The notes beneath the pieces were generated by a model. The model was given only the letters and a program-made list of their open reading frames with translations. It did not search any database and was not told where the DNA came from. Made by a program: the position numbers and the translations under genes. Shown here piece by piece: positions 10,523 through 23,013 of a stretch of 64,000 nucleotides of DNA (the stretch's first letter is position 1; the number at the start of each line of letters is the position of its first letter). The stretch is from Azolla caroliniana (Eukaryota > Plantae > Polypodiophyta): NCBI GenBank assembly GCA_043228905.1, contig JBHGNT010000011.1, positions 13,268,001 through 13,332,000 on the forward strand. Reading direction: 5' to 3'.

Positions 10523-13080
10523 ATCTCAAATGTATGCATAGGTTTGATTGTGAGAAGGCTATTGAAGATAATAAACAACCGCACTTGAGCATGAACATTA
10601 AGCGAGCACCCATGTATTCCAAGATGGTTGAGGATATGTTACAAATGACAAAGATACAACATGGTGCCACACTAGAATGCAAATGGGAAGCTTTCAAGAA
10701 AGTCATTCTCTCATGTACAAACAAATGTTTTTCAACCAACCGCACATCTTGGAAGTGCACCAAGAAACTTAGGAAAAAATGGTTTGATAAAGAATGTCGT
10801 GAAGCTCGAAAGTGCCTTATGGTTTTGGATGTAGTTAAGGATAAAGAGAATTACCAAAAGCATTTGCATGAGTATAAAAGGCTTATTCAAAGAAAGAGAA
10901 GAATATGGGAAGTTACTCAACAATTTATCCAAACACAAGAGAAAGCACTTGCATGTGCTTAATTTTGGGGAAATCTAAAGGGGAAACGTGTTGAGAGTTA
11001 TGGTGACTTAACTCTTCACCACTTGTCTATGCATTGTAAGAATTTATATGAGTTATCTCTTGCCGGAAAGATGATGTGTTATGGTTCTCTTTCACATATG
11101 CTTCCCTTCTTTACAATTGAAGATATATGCATAGGACTTAAGAAATTGGCCTCTCGAAAGGCAAGTGATCTTCAATGTATAAAGGTTTAAATGCTCAAAT
11201 GGACGGGAAAGGAAGCACATATATGGATAAGCGATATGTTTAATGATGCATTGCAACATGGTATGCCGTACGATTGGACTACAAATTGGATTAAACCTTT
11301 ACATAAAGGTGGAGATATAAATAATGTAAACAACTATCGAACCATCATGGTTGGCTCATTAATGGCAAAACTATTTGGATGTATAATGGAATCAAAGATA
11401 AGTGTATGGGCTGAAAAAAGTGGTAAGAGAGCTTATGGACGAGTTGGCTTTCGGAAACACCATAGCACCATTGATCACCTTATCACCCTTCGAGTATTAA
11501 TGGAGGAAAGTCGCCTTAGAGGTAAAGGTTTATATTGTTGCTTTGTAGACTTCAAGAAAGCTTTTGATATGGTACCTCGTGATCATCTTTGGAGGCGAAT
11601 GGAAGAACTTGAGGTGCCAAGAGAATATATGCTTGCAATTTCCCGAATTTATGAGAATGTTATATGTTGTGTGCGCATGAGAGATAAACTTTCAGATTTT
11701 TTCAAAAGCACTATTGGTGTTAAGCAAGGATGCCCACTCTCACCAACACTATTTGGTTTATGCATTGATGAATTGGAAGAAATGGTTACCAAGTTGGCAA
11801 AGGAAGAATGTGTTGAAGAAATTGTCATTGGGAATGTTGTAATTATGCTTTTGCTATATGCAGATGATGTAGTGCTTTTTGCAAATACTTTAGGAGATGC
11901 ACAAAAGCTTATGAAGGCATTGGAAAAAATTTGCATGCATACTAAATTAAGTGTCAATAGCTCTAAAACAAAGATTATGTTTGTGAAGAGCCAAAAAAGA
12001 TATAAACCATGCATTATGTACAACAATGAGCCACTTGAATGTGTGGAAAGCTTCAAATATCTTGGCCTTGAAGTTCCTTCAAATCATAGATGGAATGAAT
12101 GTGCTACACGCCGCTTAGAGGCGGGCAAGCAAGCATACTATGCATTTGAGAACACATGCAATCTTGGAGATATTAAGTGTTGGGTCCTCAAGAAATATCT
12201 TTTTGACACTTTGGTGACACTGGTTCTTCTCTATGGGGTGGAAGTATGGGGCGGTAGTATCCCTAAATCTATGTGGAAAGAGTTTGAAAATGTCCAAAAG
12301 CATTTTCTTACCAAGTTTCTACAAGTTAAGAAACAAACGCCCTACACCCTCCTCCTCCTTGAGACGGGATCACTTCCCATTGAGATCATGGCCATGGAAA
12401 GGGTTGTTGAATACATGCTTAAGGGTCAAAAAAGTCCCTCACATCGACTTCCTAGAATTGCGTGGGAAGCAAGCAAAAAGATCCAAAAGACGCATAAAAG
12501 CAAAATTTTGTGTTCTGGTTGGATGCAAGATATAGAAAAATGGTTTGGTAGATGGGATGCAAGACACTTGCTTCATGATGCATCATTAGATTCCTCTGTA
12601 AATGAGGCATTTTTGCAACGCCAATGTATCATGACATGGGACAAATGTGGAGGCTCACGCTTCACACATTATACTACACATGTTGCACCTAACTACAAAA
12701 CCATATTCTTTGCAGAACGGGGAAATTGTACACATCCATACATGTTAGAGCCCATACCATTATCTACCATTCGAACCATTGCTTCCATGCGACTTAGCTC
12801 ACATGCATTGCGATGTGAAACAGGGCGTTGGGGTACAAGTGATGAGAGTGGTCGGCTATGCACACTTCGCCCTAAACAAGTTCGCGAGTCTGAGTATCAC
12901 ACTTTGATACAATGCTCTGCCTTTGATCATATTCGACCATGCTTTCCACATCTCTTCGATCGAGCCCAATCTTTGCATGAATTCCTCTCACAACCACAAT
13001 GTGCACTCTCGATTGCAACATTCATTGGTAAAGTTCTTGAACATCGAGAGTCACTACTCACTTTCACACGTATCACGTGA
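10523..13080 (+). pseudogene. LINE ORF2 3' half: reverse transcriptase and C-terminal zinc domain (in-frame TAA at 10960 and 11188)
   Basis: ORFs 10534-10962 and 11191-13080 lie in one frame. RT motifs YRTI, DFKKAFD, QGCPLSP, YADD, YLG. Confidence 0.92.
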
Positions 13081-13136
13081 AATGTAATATTTTTGGTCTC
13101 ATAGGTCATATTTGACCTCCGAAGACGATAATATAA

Positions 13137-13196
<60 letters not shown>
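13137..13196. repeat. Compound (TC)n(TA)n microsatellite at the LINE 3' end
   Basis: Seen directly. Confidence 0.95.
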
Positions 13197-13199
13197 CCT

Positions 13200-14242
13200 T
13201 CTATCATCATCTTTTATCTTTCTCTCTCCTACTCTCAAGTCACGACAACCATAAGTTGTCCACAAACTCTTCTCGTTAGTTGAGCAACTACCACAAATAA
13301 GTTGTACATCACCCTCACCTACAAACCTGACCAAATTGCCTCTTCCGTGTTCAATTTACCTAATCCATCAACGGTTTTATCTATCAGTTGGGTCACTTTC
13401 GCTAATCTTGTAGTGAGCCTACAACTAATAACTTGACCTTTCCGCCTCTTCATGTTGAAGACCTCCCAATCATGTATTGACCTAATCTTGTACCCTGGCA
13501 TCCTCCCCCAAGGCAAGTATTTTTTCTGTACAACCATCATACTGTCTTCACTTCTAATCCTAGGGTTCCAAGATCATGGTTATCATAGCAATTCATCCAA
13601 CGTTTTTGGTTGCATTAAGACCAACCCTTCTCTTAAACATGACGAAGCCTTCATTATGGCGTGAACCACCCTATTCTCTGTGCTAGGTAGTTCTTTCAAC
13701 TTTAGAGCTGGACTGAACAACCACCATGTATTTGCCTACCAGGGATCCCCATTCTTGGGACACCAAAGGTCAACTATGTTCCTAAGGAGTACCATCCACA
13801 ATTTTGGTCCAAGTTGCAGACTTCACACCATAAGCTTACCTCCCCCAAGGCAAGTATTTTTTCTGTCCAAGCATCATACCATCTTCACTTCTAATCCTAG
13901 GGTTCCAAGATAATGGTTGTCATAGCAATTCATCCAATGTTTTTGGTTGCATTAAGACCAACCCTTCTCGTAAACATGACGAAGCCTTCATTATGGCGTG
14001 AACCACCCTATTCTCCGTGCTAGCTAATTCTTTCAACTTTAGAGCTGGACTGAACAACCACCATGTATTTGCCTGCCAGGGACCCCCATTCTTGGGACAC
14101 CAAAGGTCAACTATGTTCCTAAGGAGTACCTTCCACAATTTTGGTCTGGGTTGCAGACTTCACACCATAAGCTTACCAAGTAGAGCCTTACTTTGGTGAA
14201 CCAGATCCACTAGCCCAAGTCTTGCCTGATTCTTCGCCGGAT
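13200..14242 (-). mobile_element. L1-type LINE ORF2 fragment (post-RT region) with an internal 337-bp tandem duplication (13502-13838 / 13839-14177)
   Basis: Minus-strand GLVDLVHQSKALLGKL...WKVLL...QPLSWNP aligns by eye with ORF 44231-45172 (GLGFIDPLSQSKALLAK...WKMLL...QRILWNP). Confidence 0.75.
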
Positions 14243-14244
14243 AT

Positions 14245-14523
14245 AATTATGTATGTATATTTGAAGCCCAAGTGGGTTAGCATAGTCATGTTACCCGGAT
14301 AATTTTGTTATAAAAGAGTTCATTGGGAGAAGTAGAGTCGGGGTAAAATGGGGTTTATTTTAGTTTTGTTGGAGTTAAGGGTCGTGTGAGTTTTATATAT
14401 ATATATAGTTTTGGAGTTGTTCCTCCGCGTTGTATATGTTGATCCCACTGTGGATTCGAGTAAACTCTATTGTATTCTATTTGGTAACTAATGCGAAGTG
14501 GTGTTTTTTTGGGAAAAAAGAAA
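14245..14523 (+). mobile_element. Probable L1 3' UTR and A-rich tail
   Basis: Ends AACTAATGCGAAGTGGTGTTTTTTTGGGAAAAAAG, like the other L1 3' ends in this window. Confidence 0.45.
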
Positions 14524-15295
14524 GAGTTCCAAAAGAGATGTCCATCTCATTGTTGCCAATATTTTTTCCCACGATAGATGTTTTAATTGTCTAGAATCTA
14601 GATAGCTTTTATCTTCACCTCGTTATTGGGTTTCTTCACCTTTTTATATTACCTTTGAAATCAACATTGTATTAAAATATCTTCCTAGATTTATTCATCA
14701 CATCATCAATTTCTTTTATCGCACTTATTTATTATAATGCAAGATTATTCTCATCTCTTTGCCCGATACAATTCCAAATCTTGTTTTTAAACCTTAATTG
14801 AGTCATGGACTCAAATTCTAACCAATTCTACCATTTTCTCATGAAATACTGATAAGTTTACGCATTTTTTTCATTAGACATTTAGTTCATTTCAATGTTT
14901 GCTAAATTTATTTAATTTAGTTAATTCTCTAGATTGGTTGTTTGAAGCCTTTGAGATCCCTCAATCATTTCTTTTATATCTTTAGCCCACTTAAGGATAC
15001 TTTTTCCCTCAAGGTCTAATAGATCATTAATTAAATTTCAAAAATTGTTGGGTGTTTCCACTTATGATCTTAACCGTACAAGTTACAACTAGTACTTATA
15101 CGACTTGTTTTCTTTGTAATGAGTTCAAAGTCCATCTCCATTGTTGCATACACATTTGCCTATTCATCCCAAGCTCTTTGCCTTTTTCTTGTCCTTCACC
15201 ATCAACTTTTCAATATAGTAACACCAACCTTGGTCCATGGTGCATTCTCTCTTAATCCTTCTTTCTCTTAGCCCTAGGCTTTTCAATGTAGGGAC

Positions 15296-16687
15296 CCTAG
15301 ATTGACACATACATGATATTCGTCATGCATGATATTCACAATATTCGAGAATAAGAAATTGACCCAAGAATATTATAAAACCATTCATTTTGTAAAATAA
15401 ATTTACATAATAAACATTACTTAATTCACCATAAAAAGAACAATCACCCATTAATAGAAATATGAAAGGTCTTCAAAATCACACCAACATAAGAAAAGTT
15501 TTAATTAAAGATTTTATGAACCATTATATTCTAATTTCTAACTCTAAGTAACGCTTCTAAATTTAAGAGTCTGTGCACTATCATCTTCATCATCCATATC
15601 TTCAAGCTCATCAATAATATCCTCATGAACTTCATCATCTTCATCAATAGCTTGGTTTTGCATTCTCAAAAGCCTCTCATCATCATCTTTTTTGTTGATC
15701 GTATCTAATGTTACTTCAATAAGGCATAATCCCCTTTCCCTTATTCTTCTAATGAGACAATGGTTTGTATGTATACAAACCAATTTCTCAACTTGAGCAT
15801 GAGTCAAACTATTTCTTCTATTTGTATGTATCAATGAGAATGTGGTCCAAGTTCTTGCACAAGATGATGCACACAAATTGCAAGTCTTTTTAAGTTTGGA
15901 GTGCATGCTCCAAATGTTTCCCACCACGTAAATTGCATTATGCATTCTAGTTGGATTGTTTACCATAGGAACTTGGACTGAACTTGTCATATACATACAT
16001 GGAAAATTATGTATTCATAGAGATACTAACAAGAAAAATAATAATATATAGCTCACAGATAGATGATATCATCTAGAGCCCAATGCAATAAACTTAAATG
16101 TGAGTCCATATATGGTAACTAGTTGAATTAACGCCTTAGCCTAATCATGTATATGTGAATAATGAATCCACTCACACAAATATGCAAAGATACCATTAGC
16201 CAACCAATAGTAAAGAAGCTTTAACATCAATCCTAATATGGAAGCTTGGCTGAATTACAACCTTAACCTAAATAATCATGAACATACCCACAACCTCACA
16301 CACACACACACACACACACACAATATACATATGCTAGAAAGGTTTAATTGGAACCAAAAAGTGGATGAATTCCTTGCTTCTAAGAGTGTGGCAACAACCT
16401 TCTCCGTCTCTTGTTTCACTTGATCAAGTCAAAACGGTGGACTGAAATATGGTTGAAATGTTTTGACTGAAATTAGGAATTTCAGCCAAAACCCTAATTT
16501 GCAGGCTGAGAAGAGGATGCAAGGGGAGGCAAGGATGTAGGCATCACACACAGGATGTAGGAGGAGGTTTCTTCATTGTTCAATCGCTTGCTAGGTAAGT
16601 TTAAAAAAATATAACAAATACTTTTATATCTATTCGTATGCATTCATAGGGGAGGCCCTGTGAATGCGAATAATATGTCAATCTATG
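15296..16687 (-). mobile_element. Internally deleted hAT DNA transposon
   Basis: TIRs CCTAGATTGACA / TGTCAATCTATG and 8-bp TSD GTAGGGAC (15288-15295, 16688-16695). Retains the hAT dimerisation remnant. Confidence 0.9.
15544..15900 (-). pseudogene. hAT transposase C-terminal dimerisation domain remnant
   Basis: CASSCARTWTTFSLIHTNRRNSLTHAQVEKLVCIHTN resembles the hAT consensus SxSxCERxWSxFxxIHxKxRNxL...LVxVHxN. Confidence 0.85.
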
Positions 16688-19600
16688 GTAGGGACAACCG
16701 AACTTAATCCATGCCCCTTTCCCAATCATACAATGAAGAATTTAGTTTGGCTCAATCTTTTGTTTTAGTTGAATTATTGTTTCACCATTTCATATCTCAT
16801 TTTATAATTTCTCCTTTCCTGATACTCCCGCCTTTAATTTCCCCCCATTCAATGTGCTTCAATTGCCATAAGTGATAGCCTTTTAGGCCATGTAATTTTT
16901 GCCTTTTGTTGACATTTAGTTTTTGTTTAATCTTGGACATTTACATATGATACTTACACTTGCTTTTTAAAATACTTTTCCATGCCTAACATGCTATAGG
17001 ATAAACTCACATTTTTTGCGCATCGTTTCAAAGAATATTGGAGCTCCCTTAGGCAAATTTTCATCACTCTTTCCCACCTTCAAGGGATTGTCACCAAGGG
17101 TGTGGAAGTGGGGAATCTGATATTAGCATAAGTTTTCATCATTAGAAAGACAAGTTGGTGAGCCAATCAACATGAAGGTCACACACAAACCTACTATCCC
17201 TTTAGGGTTTTCTCAAGTTTCGAAAATATCATCAAATTTTGATGGACCCCTAGGGCTTTAACATCTTTTTGGAGGAACTTGATGTGAACTTTGATCCAAG
17301 TGTTGGGGCTTGATATTTTTGCAATGTGGTTAGTTAATACACGGGGTATGTTTTTCTCTACTTTAGAGTGCCCATCGTATATCCATCTTTAGAGTGCCTA
17401 TAATTGAATTGAGATAGCTACCCATATGTTAAAGAAGAGTTTTTATGGTGGCAACTTTACAAGCCCTCCTCTCTTAGTAATTTACGCTTTTATACCCACC
17501 CTTTCTTTATAAATTTAATTTATTTCATTAGACACCCCATCAAGGAGGGTATGCTCTCGCTCAATTATCCTTAGAAACCTATCACTCCTTACTATACATT
17601 AAGTATATGCTAGCAAGCATTGTAAGGGGCGCCCCATGATCACCATCCAAATACAAGTTAAGAGATATGTTAAACTTGCTCATTGTGTCTTGTATGTCCC
17701 TTGATATATATATAATGGATCAGATAGCCTTGGGGGGGCATGCATGCACAAAACGACATGTTTATTCCCATGAAGTTATCTAACGGTCATAAGAAGGGTT
17801 TCCCACCTTCAACTTTGAGTGGTTCTTGATGCCCTTAACAATTCACATGCTTAGATGTCATTCATATGTTGTTAATGTAGCACACATTGACAACAAATAT
17901 ATGACAAAAGGAAAAGCAAATTAGCCTTTGATTCTCATTTGAAAAAAAAGGAAGGAGAGATGAGAGAAAGATAAATAAAAAGATCAAAGGGTTAAGGGAG
18001 TGGGAACCCACAATCTTCATTGAGGGTGAGAATGAAATTATGATTGATTTTTTGAAACTAAGATAGTGAACTAAGGTACATCTGACAAGGGAGAGTTGGT
18101 GGACTTGAACTCCTTAAAGAAGTATGTTTGTAAACCAAATATTCATCGAGATGATAGTGAGAGACTAGAGTGAATGTGAGATGTGATTGATTTAAATAAA
18201 ACAAGGAGATGGTGGGCCAACTCAAATTCCTCCTTAAAGAAGAGTGCTTGTGATCAAGATCTTCATCTTAATGAAGATCTTGACATGCTCAAAATCCTCC
18301 TTAAAGAAGTGTGCTTGTAATAAACTATTTCATGATTGTATACATATTAACATCTCAAGCTTCTCTAATTTCTCCACTTCTTTGTGAGCAAGAACATGCA
18401 CCACATGCATATTATACTGAAATCACTTCTCATGTCCAAAAGTTTACAAAACATAGTTGGGGAAATCACTTAATTAAACACATACAACATTGATATCAAA
18501 AGTGTGTCAAATACTTCAAAAGAATGTCTCTATGGTGATAGTGGAAGATGATATTTTATTATAGTTAAGTTTTCTCACTCTCTCTAATATGTAGTAGTTA
18601 AACAATTTGGACGACCGAACCATTGACAAAATAATATATTTGTAGTTATCGAGAGAGTCGTGAATTAGCATTCCATTTCATGTATGCTTCTTATTCATAA
18701 TCTTGTGTGTGTTTCTTGATTGAGCTTCAACTCTTTCCTCCCTTTTGGGTGTTTTGTGTTCTTGAAAATATCCTTCCTCTCTCCCATGGTCTTGATCATT
18801 GATGTCTCTTCTTGTCAACATGACCTATGGAACCCTTTATCTCTGTTTAGTGTTTGTTTATTTTCATTTCTCAAACAAGAAAATAAGCTATGTGACATAT
18901 TTGCCTCTTCCTTGACACTAATATGTTTCTTCATTCCTCCTCCAAAACTTTAGTTCACACATATATCTTTTCCCCAATCACTATCTTAGTTTATCTTAAT
19001 ATAATCTCAATGCATTGGCATTTATGTTGTCAATGTGAGGTCGTATTTCTTCTAACTCATAAAAGTTTGTTAAATGATGTATGCATGTTCTATATACATA
19101 TATGTTGAGAGAGATGTGTATCTACATATAAATATTGGATTAGTATTACCTGGATGCATAATTTTTTTGATGAATTATAACTAGACATATGCATGGGATG
19201 TCATTATTTGTTGTCACGAGATTCGCAAATGAACCACCATGAAGTTTGGGAGATTATCTACATTGGTATATTTAACATCATTCAACGTGCTAGTATGTTA
19301 TGAATAGATTATTTATTTATAATGCTACAATTCTTTAAGAGATTGCATATGTTTTAAGGGCATTATGTTGATTTCTTACATGGAAGCACACTAGGTTGTT
19401 GCATCTAGTAAAATATTTGTCGTGAACAAAGCGATTTATTTTTGACAACTCATCTTTATTGTTCTTGTGGGTTTCTGCTATGTATGTTGATTCCGCCAAA
19501 ATTGTAACTGACTAATTTGCATAACCTGTTAAGATGCTTGAAGTTATTTGGGGTCTATATTGCATGAGGTTATTCCTACTAAATCAAATAGGCAAATAAG

Positions 19601-20635
19601 CATTCAAAAACACTCAAAGTAAAGAATGCAAGTTTGATGTGGGCTGTCCTCAAGTTGTAGAAAATCAATTAGATATTGTCAAAGGGATTGCTTGAAGAAG
19701 TGATCTCCTTATAATTGGTTTTGACCAAAGATCCTACGATTATGAACCACTCAAATGGTTCAAAGTGCCCAAAATGTTGCCCATTGGGAGAAATAAGAAT
19801 TCTTGGACAAACCACACAAAATCAGTCTAAAAGACGAAAAGTTTGTCTTAAACCTTTGCCCAAAAATGGGTAAAAGAGATGCACGTATTTATGAAGATTC
19901 TGATTTGTGTAAGTGTTACAAAGAATTTGCATGTTCTTGAGGGTTGTAGAAACATATACACTAAATATCTATTAATCAAACAAAAAGCTAACAAAAAAAA
20001 GCAATTTTCTTATTTATATTAAAAAAAGGTTTTGTTATATCTTACGAAAGAGTACATTCGAAAAATATTCATTGAGGTTATTCACAACATTGTTTAGTTT
20101 TTGTGAACACTTACAATGTCATTCTTCTATTCATACATATAATGTCTCTAACAAAATTATAAGCCTATGGACAATACTTAATCATTTAAGTTAGTTAGGA
20201 CTCATGGGAATATTGCAATTAGATTCGGTTGAATCACACAACAATAATAGTGATCAATTTGATACGTAAAGCTAGTTGGGTGGCATATGAGACATTCAAT
20301 GAAGATGACTTCGTCTGAGAACAAAAGGAACCTTATACATAAAAAGTTAAGTATTAACTTATAAACTTTGAGTTACGAAAGCCATTAACCTAATAAATAA
20401 TTAGGTGTTTGTGTAGTTTTTTAACCCTTTGGAAATAACCAAAAAATTAACAATCCAAGCAACATTCGCAAAACATTAGTCTTCCACTAAAATCATGAAT
20501 AACATGTGTATTTGCCAAGATTGAACCTAATGAAATGTATTATTGATGTCGATAATCTTTATTAGAGTATAGAATTTGAGTTCGTTGGCATAACAATGTT
20601 TTCAATATACTCTCCAATTTCCTTACATTCTTGCA

Positions 20636-20639
<4 letters not shown>

Positions 20640-20716
<77 letters not shown>
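20640..20716. repeat. (CA)n microsatellite
   Basis: Seen directly. Confidence 0.97.
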
Positions 20717-20718
<2 letters not shown>

Positions 20719-22843
20719 GTCTACAATCATGCTCATGTCAACCTCTTTATTATAATTTTGTCATTCATTCAATGATCATAAGGTATCACACAATTGTTCC
20801 CTTCCATTTTCTTGACCCTCTTCTCCATTTCAACACAATTCCAATATTTGCAAAATGATTTAACCATATGTGATCCCTTCTAAGGTGTGTCCCTACATGC
20901 CAAGAAGATGGAGAAGTTGAGAGATAAAAAGATCAATCCAACCGCACACATGGTGACAAACATACTTAGAGTTGCACATTTTGAAACAACGGTATCAAAG
21001 GGGGTGGTCCAATGCATAGAGATAATGACATGCATGGCAAACCTATAACATATTAGGTGAAATATATGGATAGGTGGTGACATTGTGATTAGCATGAATG
21101 AATAAGAATATAAGAAGTATCTATACAATTGTTTTCACAATTAGATTGCATCATTATCGAAACCATGAATGGGTTCATAAAAGGGGATACATCCTAAAAT
21201 TTATGTGTGTGGGTGAATAAGAACATAACAAGTATGGCAACAACGTGTGTCACAACAACATACACAATAGTGAATGCCGAAAGCATGGATGGGTTCACAA
21301 TGGGGGGATGGATGATGAAGCTAACATGGATCAATGTGAACATGACAACAATGATGGGTCACAAGTCAAGCCATTCATAATTTATCTACTAGATAAGCTT
21401 GCAAGTGAAGCTATATATGAGCTCACAATGGTGGGGGGGGGTTATAGTTGACAAGGTTGACACAAAGGAATATGAACATTACAACCACCATGATCCACGA
21501 GACATAATCTTTTACAACAAAAATTGGGAAACAATTGTCATAGTTGGGTTTGGAATAGTTGTCAATCGTCCTAATCGTTTAAACTTTTCGAGGTATGAAA
21601 AGAGACTCATTTCTCCATCTCCATGTGGTGTACATTGGAAATACCTTTAACTTCCAAGGTAGACAGCATTTTTGTGAATCAACGGTAGGAAACATCGTGT
21701 AAAGAATGAAAGACATATGTGGTGTTGTGCAACGGAAGCGAGTTTTGTGTGTGTGTGAGTCCACGTAAGGCAAAACAGAGAGAGGGAAAGAGAGAGCTTA
21801 GAACAAGAAGTTGTATTAGTGAAAAAAATAGAATACATCCAAAGGTGACTAAGTTACAAAGAGTTGGTTTAAATACCAACTAGTTTAGGGCAAGTGCCCT
21901 TTCTACTAATTACAAAACTAGCCTAGTACGACGTCCACTAACTAGTGTGAACACTATCTCTATGGGAAGTTGAGTTCGATTCTCAACACGCTCCTTCGAA
22001 CACAACTTCCGGACGCCGAAAAAATTGGTTAAGTTCGGAATACTTCGATTCGGCCGAATCGGCTTCAACTTTTGAATTACTTCAATTCGGTTGTTCAACT
22101 TTCTACTCTCAATTGCTTCGTGCTCCTTGTTCGGTTCAACTGACATCATCATACTTCAACTCCGACTTCGATTCAGCTGAATCAACTTCGACTTTTATTC
22201 AGTACTCCCCCTCAAGCTTGGCAATGTAGATATCGTGAGGCCAAGGTCCGAATCATGTAAACTGTCCGAGCTTGTCGACTCCTAAGGCTTTTGTGAAGAT
22301 GTCAACCACCTAAAGATTCCCATTGATGTGTTGCGAATCAACATCTCCAACGTGAACGCCCTCTCGGATGAAGTGATGGTGCACTTCAATATGCTTGGTC
22401 TTTGCATTTCGAGCCAGGTAGACACTGCTCATGTTATCACAGTAGAGGAGAATCAGACCCTTGATGGGCACACCCAGGTCCTTCAATATGTGCTTCAGCC
22501 AGACGGCCTCACATGCGACGACTGCCTTGCCTCTGTATTCGGCCTCTGTGCTCGACAATGCGACTGTCGGCTGTTTTTTGCTGCTCCGGGAGATCACTCC
22601 GTTGCCGAAGGAGAAGATGAATCTTGACGTGGATTGTTGATCGTCCTTATAGCCGGCCCAGTCCGCATTTGTGTACCTTTCAAGCCGAATGATTGTATCC
22701 GACTTATACACGATGCTAAGATCCATCGTCCCACGGACATACCTAAGTACCCTCTTAGTGCTATCGAGATGAACATTTCGAGGATTTTGCATGAATTGGC
22801 TAAGTAGGCCAACCGAATAGCTAAGGTCAGGTCGTGTGATGGT

Positions 22844-22982
22844 TGAAAGACATATATGCGTAGAAGTGTATGTGAGGATCTGTCGGTTGTGCTCAACAAA
22901 CAACACAGAAAGAGGGCAAGAAGATATAAACAGATGTTAGATACACAGATGAAGCTTTAATGGAAGCTCTCTTTATTTCTGT

Positions 22983-23013
<31 letters not shown>

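Larger units (their letters stand above)
1..13140 (+). mobile_element. RTEX/RTE-like non-LTR retrotransposon (LINE), 5' end outside the window, interrupted by a Gypsy insertion at 1088-10517
   Basis: ORF1 tail at 7-264, then APE endonuclease motifs (ETW, GGVA, GDMNA, IDY, SNHRP). Removing the Gypsy and one TSD restores the frame (HRPLCI-DLKCMHRF). RT motifs VDFKKAFD, GVKQGCPLSP, LLYADD, FKYLG, and a C-terminal RLSSHALRCETGRW...C...EYH...C zinc region. Ends in a microsatellite tail. Confidence 0.9.

Noticed and set aside
19600-19970. Possible C2H2 zinc-finger remnant (CKCYKEFACS*GL*KHIH)
   Set aside because: It is too short and stop-ridden to support a call.
20880-21697. Possible ancient chromovirus integrase/chromodomain relic (KPFII...YEL, VHWKYL)
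   Set aside because: The motifs are too degenerate to assign without an HMM search.
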